Origin: the human T2T-CHM13v2.0 reference genome, Homo sapiens
Direction: 5' to 3' (one strand)
Length of the DNA: 64,000 nt
NCBI RefSeq assembly: GCF_009914755.1
Contig: NC_060927.1
A program made the position numbers and the translations under genes. Shown in pieces: positions 38,380 through 52,954 of this stretch. The number at the start of each line of letters is the position of its first letter. Within the stretch, counting starts at the first letter, position 1. Under the pieces are notes generated by a model. That model did no database searches, was not told the origin of the DNA, and saw only the letters and a program-made list of their open reading frames with translations.

Positions 38380-39320
38380 TCTGGTGATGTTCTGCATCCA
38401 GACCATCTTTCAAGAACTGAATGGTTACTACCCTGGGTCTTCTACCGAAAGAAAGAACATGGGTGTGGGCATTCAAGTATAGCCTCTAAAAAAAGAACAC
38501 ATAAGTGGTTGCTGGGTGCTGTTATATAATCACACACATACAAGGCTTAAATCATGAATATTTCCTTTTTGAAGGGGAAAAAAAGCAAAAATCCAATTGT
38601 GTAGAGTTTTAGGACAAGAATATTATATGAAGAAAATATAGCTCCAAGAGATAGTGGCTGAAAGGGCAGAATTAGAGAAGCAGAAGAAGCAAGAAGTTAC
38701 CGCAAAGGCTTCCAAAAATAAAATAGGATGATACGCCCAAGAAAACAAAGGCTACTTTTGCTAAGTCAGGGGTGAGAGAAAATAATGAAAGATGCAAAGA
38801 AGAATGACTATGGAGCTACTATTTTGTCTCAGCCTTTAGCACAAAGAACGAAGGAAGCAGGAGCTCAGTAAGATAAATATTAATGAGTCTCTGGGAATAT
38901 CAAGAAACAGAATTAATAAGAGGCAGGTAAAAGAATACTTATACAATTTAAATATTTATAAATCAGTACAGCTGGGTGAGATTCATTTGAACAAATTCAA
39001 AGAACCAGCTAAGGCAGGACATACCTGCAATACTAGTGTTTGTCATAGAGAGTTATGTACCAGGGAAATTTAAGCAGGCTGATTTAGTGTTGGAGCTAAA
39101 GCAGCCAAAAGCAGATACGGGAAAAGGTGGGCTAGTTAGCGCATCCAAACTACCAGTCAAAACTCTAAATGAAATCATAAATCAGTCCATGAGCATCTTC
39201 AGAAAAATAACATAGTAAGTCATAGCCAAAGAGGTTCATAAAAAACAGAGCCTGTCAAAGCAACTTAATCCATTTTTTGGAAATGCTAAGAAATTTGGAT
39301 TATAGACATAGTTTACAGAG
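38380..39320 (+). mobile_element. CR1/L3 LINE ORF2 fossil (tether to RT N-terminal part)
   Basis: Translates in pieces to QVKEYLYNLNIYKSVQLGEIHLNKFKEPA, FKQADLVLELK..ADTG..GLVSASKLPVKTLNEII, HLQKNNIVSHSQRG, KNRACQSNLIHFLE, matching CR1 motifs in order. Confidence 0.8.
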
Positions 39321-39519
39321 GCCCTGCAGATGCCACCAGACAACTCAATTTGAACCCATCTTGGTGATGGAATGGCTGTTACTCTCACTGTTTCCAACAG
39401 AGAAGGGCAATTTCACCTGCACATTTAATACACAGGGATAGGGTTCTCTGTTCATTCCCCATCATAGCCCAGGACAGAGTTAATTTAGTTCTTAGCTAAA
39501 TAGAGTCAGTGCCCAGAAG

Positions 39520-39591
39520 TATCCAAATGAGAATGAAATATATTGATAATTCTGTTATCCAAATGAGAGTGAAAGATAATGATAATTCTGG
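39520..39591. repeat. 36-bp tandem duplication
   Basis: tatccaaatgagaatgaaatatattgataattctgt / tatccaaatgagagtgaaagataatgataattctgg. Confidence 0.85.
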
Positions 39592-39789
39592 AGCAAACTG
39601 GACTAACATCTTTCAGAAAAAACAATATATATATGTGTATGTGTATGTCTGCAATTATCAGGATAATTCAAGGAAAACAAATACTATTGCTCGAATTGAT
39701 CATATAATTATGGAAAATATAAGAAGATGTGAAAACAAAGGCCCTCTTATAAAATACAAAGACCTGACCGGGTCACCAGGCTCTGCTGA

Positions 39790-40300
39790 AACTGTTCAAT
39801 GACTTCCCAGGGTTCTTAGGCCAGAACCCTCAGCCTCCTCTCAAGGCCTGCCTAGTCTGTCTGTGCTCTTCTCTGCAGCATCACTGGCACCACACCCCTC
39901 CTTGCCCTGGGCAAGCCAGCTCCTCTGCCCTTCTTTCAGCTCTTGCAAGACTTCCTCTTGTTTTTGCCACTGAGCCTTTGCACATGCTGCCCTTGCTTTT
40001 ACTTACCCTAGCTACTTATTCTATAGTTTTCTACTCAAATCCCACTTTGGGAGGTAAACCTTCTTTTACCTCCCAGAACATAATATTTTCATAGTATTTG
40101 GCTCTAATAAAACCAATTTTCTTCCCAGAAGCACTTATTTTAGAATGTAATTTTATACTCATTTAAAAAAAAATTAGTGTAGTCCTCCTCCACTAGATTA
40201 CAAGCTCCACCAGAAAAGGGACTGAGTATGAGTACTTCACAATTGTATCTCCAGGATGTAGCACAGTCCCTAGGTACAGTAAATATTTGTAATCAGATAA
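39790..40300 (+). mobile_element. L2 3' region
   Basis: gcctttgcacatgctgc; cactagattacaagctccac..ttcacaattgtatctccagg..tagcacagt..agtaaatatttg. Confidence 0.75.
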
Positions 40301-40977
40301 AAAAAAAACTAGGAGTATATATATATATATACACACATACACAGTTGGGCTCCCTTCATAAAAGGTTAGATGGAAAGGACATCTTTCTATCCAGAATAAT
40401 ATTTTCTTCAGTTTTCCTTTCAACTACAATCATAGGAAAAAAAAATTTAATGAGGGTCCTGTTGACAGAGGTGTAAAAACATGAGGCAGCTAAAACTTGA
40501 ATTGTTGAATTCTACATTTGCACATTACATTTACCTGTGATGTGTTCCAAAATTTCATTTCATGGTGATAATGAATCTGTGGGAAATTAGCATTCTATCA
40601 CTCTTCATATGGGAGTGTTAGTGAAGGTTTTCCAAGCCGTGTATCCTGCATAAAATGAAACATTTTTCAGGTAACCAAGTTTGTAGCACACTCTTTCTAT
40701 CTCAACAGTGTTCATCTTTACACCTCAGAAGGACCTAAGCCTAGAATTAGAGAAAGCCATGAAGTTAGAGAATATTATCTTATTCTAAGGTCAATCACTG
40801 ACAGGGAATTTTCTCCCATGATGCTTGGATGTTTATATTTTTAATAGGAATTTGTAAGTTAATAAGTAACCAGCCCCCCTGCAAGCAAGGTTTTGACATA
40901 TCCAAGGTCACACCAAAATTTGTGACCCACCTAGGACCAAAACTCAGACTTCTAGTTTCAGTCCACTGATCTTTTGT

Positions 40978-41140
40978 TAGTTCATTCATTCAACAAATAA
41001 AACCTGAATGGCCCCCATGAATCTGGCACTGTGTTGGTCACTGGGGAAACAAAGATGGAGACACTGCCCTTGTCCTTGTGGAATTTATTAGTTGATGAAG
41101 GAGACCAAGGAAGAATGAATAAATACAATACAACTGTGGC
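40978..41140 (-). mobile_element. L2 3' end
   Basis: ttcattcattcaacaaata..tggcactgtgttggtcactggggaaacaaagatg..tgcccttgtccttgtgga. Confidence 0.7.
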
Positions 41141-41634
41141 GAATGCTATTTGAGGCCACCACTCTTGGTGCCCAACGCTGCATTTCCTCTGCTTGCCTCT
41201 GATTTCAGCTGCAGCTGTGGTGGACAGCTCCTGTGCCTGCTGACAGCTTCCCTCCTGCCCAGAGATTGCCCTTGCGGGAGTTTGCTCAGACTCTGGCCAA
41301 GCAGCACAAAAGAGTGGTGTGACCATCCCTGAGAGCAACCTTCAATCAGAAGGGGACGTGAGTAGGTAGATAAATATTCCATCCTTCCATCATTCAGAAG
41401 AACCATTCAAGAGGCATTCTACATGGTTCCTGAGAGGATCCCCTCACGATTGAGCCCCAGTGTCCACAAAAAGAACCAGCTCACTAATGTAACTTTAGAG
41501 GCTTTTTCTCCTTCCCAGTCTCTCTCTTCTCCACTTCCTCACTCCTGCTTCCTAAAACCACCTCTGCCCAAAGAAACTTCCTACTCCTAAACCCTGTGTC
41601 AGGTTCTGCTTGTAGAGGAAGTCACACCAATACA
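41140..41634 (+). mobile_element. ERVL solo LTR (LTR16C-like)
   Basis: tgcctctgatttcagctgcagctgtggtggacagctc; gaggcattctacatggttcctgagaggatccc..gattgagccccagtg; tcaggttctgcttgtagaggaa. Confidence 0.75.
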
Positions 41635-43829
41635 CAATATCAGTAAATGAATTAATGCAGAGAAGGCACTGGAGCCACAGTTGCAAACTGGAGTCTCTTT
41701 TGTTGGCTATCTACAGGGTCATTGTGTATAGTGCAATGGTTGTTTTTGTTTTACCTACTTGAAGATCACGTTGTTAAATGTTGGGTGTGGGAATGCAGGA
41801 GTGGAGTTTCCAGGTTAGAGCTGAATTGCTTCTCTAAAGAAATATAAATATATGTGTGGGAAGAAGGAAAACATTCAGGAGCAGAAAAAGCCAAGCTGGC
41901 ACACCTAAGAGAAGAAATGGTGGGCAGGAGAGAGGGTGGAAAAGATCTGAGTGTTGGGGATCTGAGTCGAAAAGATCTGAGTGTTGCTTTTGGAAAATGG
42001 AATGCTGGGGAGGTGTGATCTAAAATCCCCTGAGCTTTCCCCAGGCTTACACTAGGCCCTGTGTACCTTGAAGCTCTTGGGACCATACACAAAGGAGATG
42101 GCTTCAGAGTCAGTTCTGTGACTTCAATCTGAGCTTCTACTCCTGGGAACTGCTGCTGCTCACAAAGATTCCCACCAAACAAAGGACAGTGAGTGAGAAG
42201 CCGAACAGCAAAGATGTAATAAAATGTCTAGCTAGGGTTAGCATTCCTTAGGCTTTTCTATGAAAACCAGTACTTATTTACAAGTCATGCCTTACAGGGC
42301 AGGAATACAGATTCATAATGAGGAAAATATTCTCAATCATCATAAATCAGATCCAGTCACTCTCCTGTGATGCTTCCCACTGTATTGGGATGATGTTTGG
42401 GTTACAGCCCCAGCCCCCAGCCTAGTGCCTGCCATGAAGTGGCACACGGTACATACTTATTAAAGAAAACCGGGAAGAAAGAAAAGAAGGGAGGGAATTA
42501 GATAGCTGGCTATTCAATCAATGAGTCATTAATCAAAAGATTTTAACAATGATGTAAATTCAAGATCAGTGCACTGAACCCAGTACATTAAATCTTCATG
42601 AGGATGAAAACAATAACATAAATCAGAATCTTCCTAGATCCTTTGGGTTAGGGATGGTTATAGAGGACTGGGGAGTGGGTGGAGAGAACACTATGTTGCC
42701 ATGGAGGAAGTGGGAAAAGGTTTTCTTTTTTTTCCTTTCATTAGAAAACATCAGTAGGTAAGAGGATGCTCTCTTATTAGTAATGAGATATGGGCTTCCT
42801 TCCAGAAAGTGACAGAGATTTTTCCAGCAAATCCATAGCCTTTGATGTGAGCACTACTGAGAAAATATCTTCAGCTATGCAAGCACGGAAGAGAAATTTG
42901 AAGAAGGCATTTCATGTTCTCCTCTGTTGTATCTTTGATGTACACAAAGGATTTAGTCCTAGAAGACGAAGACCTTACCCATTTTCTTTCCCCTTGAGGA
43001 GAGCTTTGTTCCACATTTCCCTGTTGGGCCATGATCCTGGTGAGTAGGTGGCACATTAATTATTGGATGTTTTCATTATCCAAGTATTTGTTATCCAAGT
43101 CCCTGTAGACAACAGGTTACAAAGAAAAGCAAAAGTCATCATAACAGCAAAATATTTACCAATGAACTTACCACTTACAATATTACCCCTGACTTTAAAA
43201 TTCCTTGCCAATTACAAATTATAATTACAAATTACCTATATTACACTACAAATCTAAAGCAAATCAACTGCTAAGACAAGTGCAAATCTTTTAAAGGATA
43301 CAGAGTTTCATAAAGCCAATCGAAGTGATCTGGGAGAAATGCTCTAAATACAAGCAAAGCTTTTGACAAATGACAGTACTGCCTAGTTAAACTAGTTAAC
43401 AGCTGAAAAAGAAAAAAAAAACTCATAAAGGGGATGACATAATAGCGCTTAGCAAGAAAATGATGTGTATACTGAAGGAAGAAACACGGGAAAATTGACC
43501 AATACTGATTTTTTTCTCAAAATGACCTTTATTATGAACTTGCTGCTAAACTTAAACATTAAGTGAAAGATGCCATTATCATACTACCATAAAATTTGTG
43601 TTGAAAGATTATACCTCCCAAACTCCTATTCATTCTTCATCTTCAACATTAGTTAATAATTGTAATTATAACCTGTATAATTATTGATAATATTAAAATA
43701 GGGGTTAAAAACTAATTTAGTTTAATTTTTTAAGCTGAGTTCTAATCAAGTCTTTTGTCCCACTATTTACTTGAACAAGTGGCCCCTGTATTAAATGGCT
43801 TCACTCTCAGTGACCTTTGCATAAAGAAG

Positions 43830-44510
43830 ACTTCTACTCCTGAATCCATCTATTTCTCCCACCAGCTCTGTCACTGCCGTAATTCAGACCACCATCCTTA
43901 CTCACTTAGATTACTACTACAAGGGCTCCTATTGCCCCTGTCTCCTCATTTACCTTCTCCAATTCTTCCTCCCCACTATAGCCAGATGGGATCTTCTCAA
44001 ATGCCAAAATAGCAATGTCACTCTCCTACTTGCAATCCTTTCATGAGGTCCATCTTCCTTCATTGTGTGTACTTCTTAGCACACCTTACAAAGTCCTTCA
44101 TGACTGAACCCCTTTCTATGTTCAACTTGTTCTCTCTCCAACATCCTCAGGCCCAGCTCCTATACAGCTGTCCTCTTCATTCCAGTTTCTCATCATTCCC
44201 CAGTGCACTATTGTCTCACAGCTCTGGCTGTTGCACCAGCCTAATGCCTGCTCAGCTTTCAGTTCTCAACTTAGGAAACTTCATCCAGGAAGCTTTCCCA
44301 GATTCCCTAAGTTAGGTGTCCCTCCTTAACTGTCCCATAGCATCCTGTACAACTGACTATACTGAAAGCACTTAATATTATATTTATGGTTAGGGGTGAA
44401 GGCAAGGACCAAGTCTGACATGTCAAGAGTCTCCAGCACCTTGCTTAGCCCCTGGCCCAGAGCAGATGATCTAGTAAGTGCCTAATCAAGAAATAAGTGG
44501 ATGGATGGAT
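43830..44510 (+). mobile_element. L2 3' region
   Basis: ttcagaccaccatccttactcacttagattactac; atgtcactctcctacttgcaatcctttca; ccaggaagctttcccagattccc; ends tggatggatggatg. Confidence 0.75.
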
Positions 44511-44739
44511 GCAACACCAAGCAAACCAAAGCAAAATAAATATTATATCACAAAAGGAATGAAACCAAGCAATTAAGCTGAGGCATCTTGAAGTCTTGTG
44601 GGTAAGAAATAAGAAAGACATCAATCAAAACTGTTCACAGCGATAATTTCTGGGGAGTAAAATTGAGGGAGTGAAAGAAAGGAATTTCATTTTTTTACTT
44701 TATACACCTAACAAGTGTTAGACATTTCCATAAGTATGA

Positions 44740-45075
<336 letters not shown>

Positions 45076-45719
45076 TAGCAAAAACAGCAATTACTTTTGC
45101 ACCAACCTCATGTCATGCCTTTGAGTGCAGGGTTTCGGGTGCATGCCTTTCAACCAATACTCAGTCAAGGAGCAGAGAAACGTTCTAAATGCTTGTCCTG
45201 CCATGGCCCCCGCCATCGTGGCTCCTGCTCTGCTCTCCCACTGCCGCTGCAAGGAGATATGAACTGTGATTTTAAATTAGAGGCGATTCCTGACACCTTC
45301 TCCCATGTCTTAATTTGTAAGTTTCTATTTTCAATTTTTTTTTCCTAAAATGCCTGCAAATAGAGAAACTTAAAAATAAAAGCCATCAAAGAAATAAAAT
45401 GTTCTGGCATTTTAGCTTACTTGTTAGGTTATGTTTATATCTCAAGGAGTTTTGCCTGTCATGGAATTTTAGAATGTCCTTAGTAATAACATATCCTGAG
45501 AATTTGATGTATTTTCTTCAGGAGAGTGAGACTGATTTCGGGGGAAGGATGGGGTACATGTGGAGGGAAGGGAATTTTCACTTTTTACTGTGTACCCTTC
45601 TGTACTGATCCAAAAAGTTTACAAGAAAAGCTCATATTACTTTTACAATAAAACAAAAGCTAATTAAAAATGCAAAAGCAAATATTGGCAAGCATTTCAT
45701 GAGGCTTTTAAAAAATACA

Positions 45720-45860
45720 TTAACACTCCTGGCAACTCCGCAAGGTAGATATTCTCTTCATTTTTAAAGATGAAGAAACTGAGACTCCGAGAAGTTCTAG
45801 GACTTGTCCAAGGTCATAAAGTTAATAAGCAGCCAACTGAGGACCGAAACACAAATCTTA
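45720..45860 (-). mobile_element. MIR fragment
   Basis: catttttaaagatgaagaaactgagactccgagaagtt..gacttgtccaaggtcata. Confidence 0.7.
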
Positions 45861-46251
45861 TTTGAAGGCTAAGGTATAGCTCCTTTAAAATGTAATACAC
45901 AGTGTTTTGTTTTATTAAACAAGCTGATAGCGGTTTGCTTGGAAGATAAGTGTGTTACTTTAGGAATACAGAGATATTTATTTTCTTAGTTTAGGTCAGT
46001 AATAAAGCTTAGGGATACAAAATAAATGCCTTTCTGGAATAAGGTATCCAAATAGGAATTATATTAGCTGCCAAATTGAAAACAAATTTCCTTCTAACAC
46101 TATTATTAGTATCTTAAGCATGATCATATTTCCTAAATATTATCTCTCATCTTTGGCAACAATAAAGCCTTAGACATACAGCCTTGCATAGAGAAAACAA
46201 TCAATACTTATTTTAAATTTGTTAAAGCATGAATATGTCTATACTTAAATG

Positions 46252-46253
<2 letters not shown>

Positions 46254-46286
<33 letters not shown>
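46254..46286. repeat. (TG)16 microsatellite
   Basis: Perfect run. Confidence 0.9.
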
Positions 46287-46291
<5 letters not shown>

Positions 46292-46317
46292 TGTGACTAT
46301 GTATTTGTACATTCTAG

Positions 46318-47810
<1,493 letters not shown>

Positions 47811-47862
47811 ATATTGCCTAAGATAGTGCCTGGTACACAATAAACACTCAGCAAATGGTAGC

Positions 47863-48192
47863 TGCTATGGTTTGAATATTCGTTCCCTCCAAAACTCATG
47901 TTGAAATTTAACCCCCAGTGTGGCAGTATTGAGAGATTAATGGATTAATGGGTTATCATGGGAGTGGGACTGGTGCTTTGCAAGAAGAGGAAGAGAGACC
48001 TGAGCAAGCACACTCAGCCCCTCACCATGTAATGCCTTGAGCTACCTTTGGACTTTTCATAGAGTCCCTACTAGATGGGGCCCCTTGATCTTGGACTTTG
48101 CAGCCTCCATAACTGTAAAACATAAATGTCTTCTTCATAAATTACCTAGTTTCTGATATTCTGTTATAAGAAACAGAAAATGAACTAAGAGA
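47863..48192 (+). mobile_element. MaLR solo LTR (MSTD-like), internally deleted
   Basis: tgctatggtttgaat..ccctccaaaactcatgttgaaattta; gattaatggattaatgggttatcatgggagtggg; TSD gtagc/gtaga. Confidence 0.85.
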
Positions 48193-48209
48193 GTAGACAT
48201 TATCATTAG

Positions 48210-48330
48210 TCCTGAGCATCAATTTCTTCATGTATAATACAGAAACAACATATTTTACAGAAATGTGTAAAGAATTAAGTGAGAAATATATGCAAGCCCT
48301 TGGCACATAAGAGATGTTTGATAAGTGTTA
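48210..48330 (+). mobile_element. MIR fragment
   Basis: gagcatcaatttcttcatgtataa..aattaagtgagaaatatatgcaag..tggcacata. Confidence 0.55.
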
Positions 48331-48499
48331 CTGGTTCCTTACAAACCTGAGTGAGGGCTGGGAGTGAGCCACTGGGCTGGCTCACTGGAGCCACACACAC
48401 AATGGAAAAGTGTATATAATGCAATGTTGCCGGTCAAGGCCCACCCTTGGCAGGTTTCCAAGGCTACTTGTTTTGTTTTGAGTTAACATTTTAATGCTC

Positions 48500-48650
48500 A
48501 CTCTACGCCAGGAAAGCACCTTCTGAAGTGGTGATACTATTATTTCCATTTTATGCATATGGAAACTGAGCCCTTGAGATTTGAGATGACCGCAGGTCAC
48601 CTACCTCCTAAGGAGTAGGTCTGGGTTTGAGCTCAAGTTGTCTGTTCCAG
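48500..48650 (-). mobile_element. MIR fragment
   Basis: tactattatttccattttatgcatatggaaactgag..aggtcac. Confidence 0.65.
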
Positions 48651-48678
48651 GGCCCCCTCTCAAAACCACCACCCTCTT

Positions 48679-48972
48679 CTAAGCAAAGTAACTCAGGAAT
48701 GGAAATCCAAATATTGGATGTTCTCACTTATAAGTGGGAGTTAACCTGTGAGGAGGCAAAAGCATAAGAATGATATGATGGACTTTGGGGACTTGGTTGG
48801 GGGGAAGATTGGGAGGGGGTGAGGAATAAAATACTACATATTGGATACAGTGTACACTGCTTGGGTGACAGGTACACTAAAACCTCAGAAATCATCACTA
48901 AAGAACTTATCCATGTAACCAAAAACCACCTGTACCCTAAAAACTATTGAAATTAAAATAATAATAATAAAA
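48679..48972 (+). mobile_element. L1PB-type 3' end
   Basis: ctaagcaaagtaactcaggaatggaaa..gttctcacttataagtgggag..agaatgatatgatggactttggggact..aaagaacttatccatgtaaccaaaaaccacctgtaccc. Confidence 0.9.
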
Positions 48973-49112
48973 CAACTGCCCTTTGCTGCTTTCCTAATGC
49001 CACCAGAGCCTACTGCCATCAGGGCTAAACATCAACTGTAACAGAAAGTTCGACAAAATCTCAACTGGCGGAAATTCCAGGATCCTCCTTATGTTCCCTA
49101 ACCCCAACCAAG

Positions 49113-49114
<2 letters not shown>

Positions 49115-49162
<48 letters not shown>
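49115..49162. repeat. (GT)20(GC)3 alternating purine-pyrimidine tract (Z-DNA prone)
   Basis: 48-bp uninterrupted alternation. Confidence 0.9.
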
Positions 49163-50839
49163 TGGGGAGGGGGACCCAGTCTTGATGGCCAATGGCAGAC
49201 CTTGGAGCAAATGTCAGCTCTGAGGAGCAGAAGCTGCAAATGGTTAACAGCATTATTCCCCGAAGGGCACCAAAAAGTCAAGTAAGCAATTCTTGACCTT
49301 TCAGAAGCGATTATCAGGAAAACATAAAGAAACAATTCTGCGGGCTTAATGAAGGAATGCTGTGAAAAGTGTAATGGGCTATTTGTGCACATCTCAAAAG
49401 CATCATATAATTTGGCACAATTGGCAGTCTATTCTCCAGCATGGCCAAGCAGGGTGTTGCTATTTAGGCCCAAAGGGCTTTGGCAAAGCCAGGTCCCCAC
49501 CTCTATCCCTTCTCTAAAACCCAGGGTGTCTATGATTTAATTTCCAAGGCTTTAACATTACTTGCTGAAATGAGATGTGGCACAGGCTTACCCATTTTCC
49601 CCAAATGCAAAAATATGTTTTTGCTTCAAAATATGAGCCCTATTTTCATTCAGTTTGGGTTTTTTTTTTCCCGCTACAATTACAGAGGTTTTTTTTTTTT
49701 TTTTTTTTCAATTACATTTTCAGGCAAATTGTTCATTAGGTTGACTCAGCTCTTCACAATTTTGGCGGACGCTGGTGGAAGAGTGAGGTGGTAGGGTACT
49801 TCATTATTTTTAAAAATGATGATTGGCCATATTCAGCTCCCATATTTCATTCCCAACTACATAAGGGCATTTAGTATGCAGACTCTGTGCATAAGCTCAT
49901 CAGCTGCTACATTACCACAATGGCTCTTCTGAGCCATAATAGTCTACTATGGAAATGATCCGTGGATTATTTAAGTTTATAAGGTCTAATACACTTATAA
50001 ACAAAGAGGGTTTTTTTCAGCATTTTTCCATTATTTATTCCTCATTAGTCTCCCCACCATCACCACCACCACTTTTTTTCTGCTTTTTAATACACATGCG
50101 AAAATAACCCAGAAAGAAACAGTCCCAAGTATGTTTAACTAAAGCTAAGAGAAAGCTGAGAAAATGATTCCACCAAAGCAATGATTTCCAGTTAATCCTG
50201 GGCTTCAGTCTATGTTTTTCTCCTGCAGATTTTCTGTTCACAGTCCATACTGGCTTCCAAATAAATAAATACATGTATGGCTTTGGGGACCACGGTTTTC
50301 TAGCTTTTTGTGGTATTCCCACAATTTCCAGGACAGTTGTATGACTTCTCTATAGTGTTGCTGTGTTTGCCATAAATTATTTGAGTCTATCTCAGGTTCT
50401 TGACCATTCTAAAATGGAGTGATAAAAATAGAAAGCAAAACTGGTGATCACGTATTTGGAAAATACAAGCATTTTTAATTAACTTACTTAAAAGATAGAA
50501 AACTTTGTCTCAGGCTGACAGAGATCACTAGGCAGAGAGCAAACTGAAATATCTCCAGTGGGCCAAGCAATGCTGGGATTACAGCCCACGTTTGCTAGAG
50601 CCATAAACAAAAGCAGCAGCGAGGTGAATTTAATGATAACAAAAACATGCCCTGGACAACCGTCACTGCTCATATTTGATTTAGATAATTCTTTGCTAGC
50701 AGTACAGCTTTGCCCTTCACTTCTGACATCAGAGAATAGATAGTTTTCTTAGAAATGGAATATTCAAGTGAAAGGTATTTTTAGACATCTGTAGAAAAGC
50801 ATCCACTAGGAAAAGAGGACTGACACAAGCATTTATCAT

Positions 50840-51520
50840 CTCTCCCTGTCAAGACCCAATAAATGGTAGTAAGAGAACAAACCCATAACAAAGACAAGCA
50901 CAGATAGAGGACCGTCAATGAATACCATCACCCAATTTCTAATAAATGCGTAGAGAGTGGAAGCCAGTTGGTGGATGAAAGAGAGGGAGTAAGGAAGTGG
51001 GTGGTGATTACAAAGACAGAAGGAGACAATTGCTAGGAAAGCCCTAGAGAAGCTATAGAGTCAGGATGGGCACAGTCAGTAAAGGGTAGCAATAAAAAAG
51101 AGGCTAATTGAATTTACCTTTAGAAGGTCTTTTTCCACTAGCTCCCTTCCTCTCTTGACTCCCCCATTCTCTGTTTCAAGCAGTGCAGCACTTGGTTGAT
51201 GGGGCTGCTGTGGCTCCCACACTCCCCTTGCAGCTCCCCAACCCCAAGTAAGCAAAGCTACATCTCACCCTACTGCCACCACCTTCCCTCCCCAGCATTT
51301 TACCTCCAGGCTGAAAACCCAGATAAATCTTGTCTTAAAAAGCTGAAGCAACTTCCTGGAGAGGAGGAAAGGCTAGGGAGGAGGTAGGCTCTGCCACAGT
51401 ACAGGCGCCAACTTTCTGGCATTTGAGAGGCTCCAGTCTAGAAAGTGGCTCCCTGACTGCTCACCCTGCAGTGAAACCAGCTGAGCAGTCAGAGCTTGAA
51501 TCCTCAGAGCCCCCAGACAG
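50840..51520 (+). mobile_element. Possible ancient L1M 5'-end fragment
   Basis: Weak resemblance (aaacccataacaaagacaag, caccctgcagtgaaacc) to old L1 5' regions. Confidence 0.3.
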
Positions 51521-52251
51521 CCTTCCCATTCACAGGCTGATGGTACAGAGGCCTACGTGGACTGGTGTTGTCATCCCTGTTGTTGCCATTGTCATGATCA
51601 TCATCAAACACTCATTGAGCACTATCTGACATCACTTCTTGAATCTCTTAAAGGCATTGCAAACTTTTGCCCCACACTGGGCTCATCACATTCTCTCACA
51701 ACTTCCTCCCTAAACTGCTCCTTTTCCAATATCATACCAACCATCATAATTAAAATTTATAGAGCACTTACTCTATGCCAGGCATTGATCTAAGCACATT
51801 ACACATAATAACTCATTTAAACTTAACAACAGCCCTTGGTGAGGGGAGGGGCTAGGCTGAAATCAACAAGGACACTCTCATTAGCATGTGAGGTCAACCA
51901 GTTAAAGAGGTCTCTGAAAAAAGAGACTTGAATCTCTAAGACGCCAATTATTTGTTGTGATTTTTCTCTCTGACTCTAAATAAATTTCATATCAAATTTT
52001 TGATGAGTTTGTGTGTGTCTGTGAGTGTGTGTGTGTGTGTGTGTCTAGTTTTGTGATCTTTTCTATAAAAGTTTTAGGCCTCCAAATCTTGGATTCAGTC
52101 CTGGGCTACCTACATAGAACAAAAATCGGACCTATATGAGAATTCTCATTAGCAACACTGATATTTGGCAAGCATATAATAGAACCAAGTATATAGACAG
52201 TACTCAGAATCCGCAGACACTGCTTACAGTGCTTCATGTATATTAGCTCAC

Positions 52252-52748
52252 TGTATCAGTCAGCATTCTCCAGAGAAACAGAACCATTTATTATGGAATC
52301 TGGCTCATACAATTTTGGAGGCTGTGAAGCTCCATGATCTGCTGTCTGCAAGGTGGAGAAGCAGAAAGCTGGTGGTGTAATTCAGTCAAGGACCAAAAGC
52401 CTCAGAACCTGATGGAGGGTGGGAAGCACACTCAGACCCCAAAGGCCTGAGACCCAGGAAAGCTGATGTCCAAGAACAGGAGATGGGTGGTGCAGCTTAA
52501 GAAGGAGAGAATTTGCCTGTCCTTCATCTTTTTGTCCTATTCTGGCCCTCAACAACTTAGATAATGCCCACCAACATTGGTGAGGGTAGGTCTTCTCACT
52601 CAATCCACTGATTCACGAAAAATATGAATCTCTTCCGGAAAAACACCCAGAAACACACACCCTTATAGACACACCCAGAAATAAGGTTTTCCAGCTACAT
52701 AGTCATTTCTCAGTCTAGTCATGTTGACACATAAAATTAACCATCACA
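52252..52748 (-). mobile_element. ERVL solo LTR (MLT2B/C-like) inserted in a MIR
   Basis: tgtatcagtcagcattctccagagaaacagaacca...gttgacacataaaattaaccatcaca; TSD ctcac/ctcaa. Confidence 0.9.
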
Positions 52749-52954
52749 CTCAATCCATTTCCCTGTTTTATAGATGAGGATACTGAGACACGGGATATTT
52801 CAGTGATCTGCCCAGATAAGCAGGTGCAATGGTTCAGCTGTTAACCACTACAGTACTATCTCTTGGGTAATTGTAAACCCTACAGGGATAAAAAAAATTA
52901 CTATTAAAGTTTCATATGTACAACAAAACTGGTTATTTTTAAAAATATGTGCTC

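Noticed and set aside
38372-38529. Strong + strand acceptor (tgtttgtttcAG) followed by an open frame
   Set aside because: The downstream sequence is better explained as the start of the CR1 fossil; no good donor and no recognisable protein.
48787-48819. G-quadruplex-forming G runs
   Set aside because: The ordinary G-rich tract of the L1PB 3' UTR; not locus-specific.
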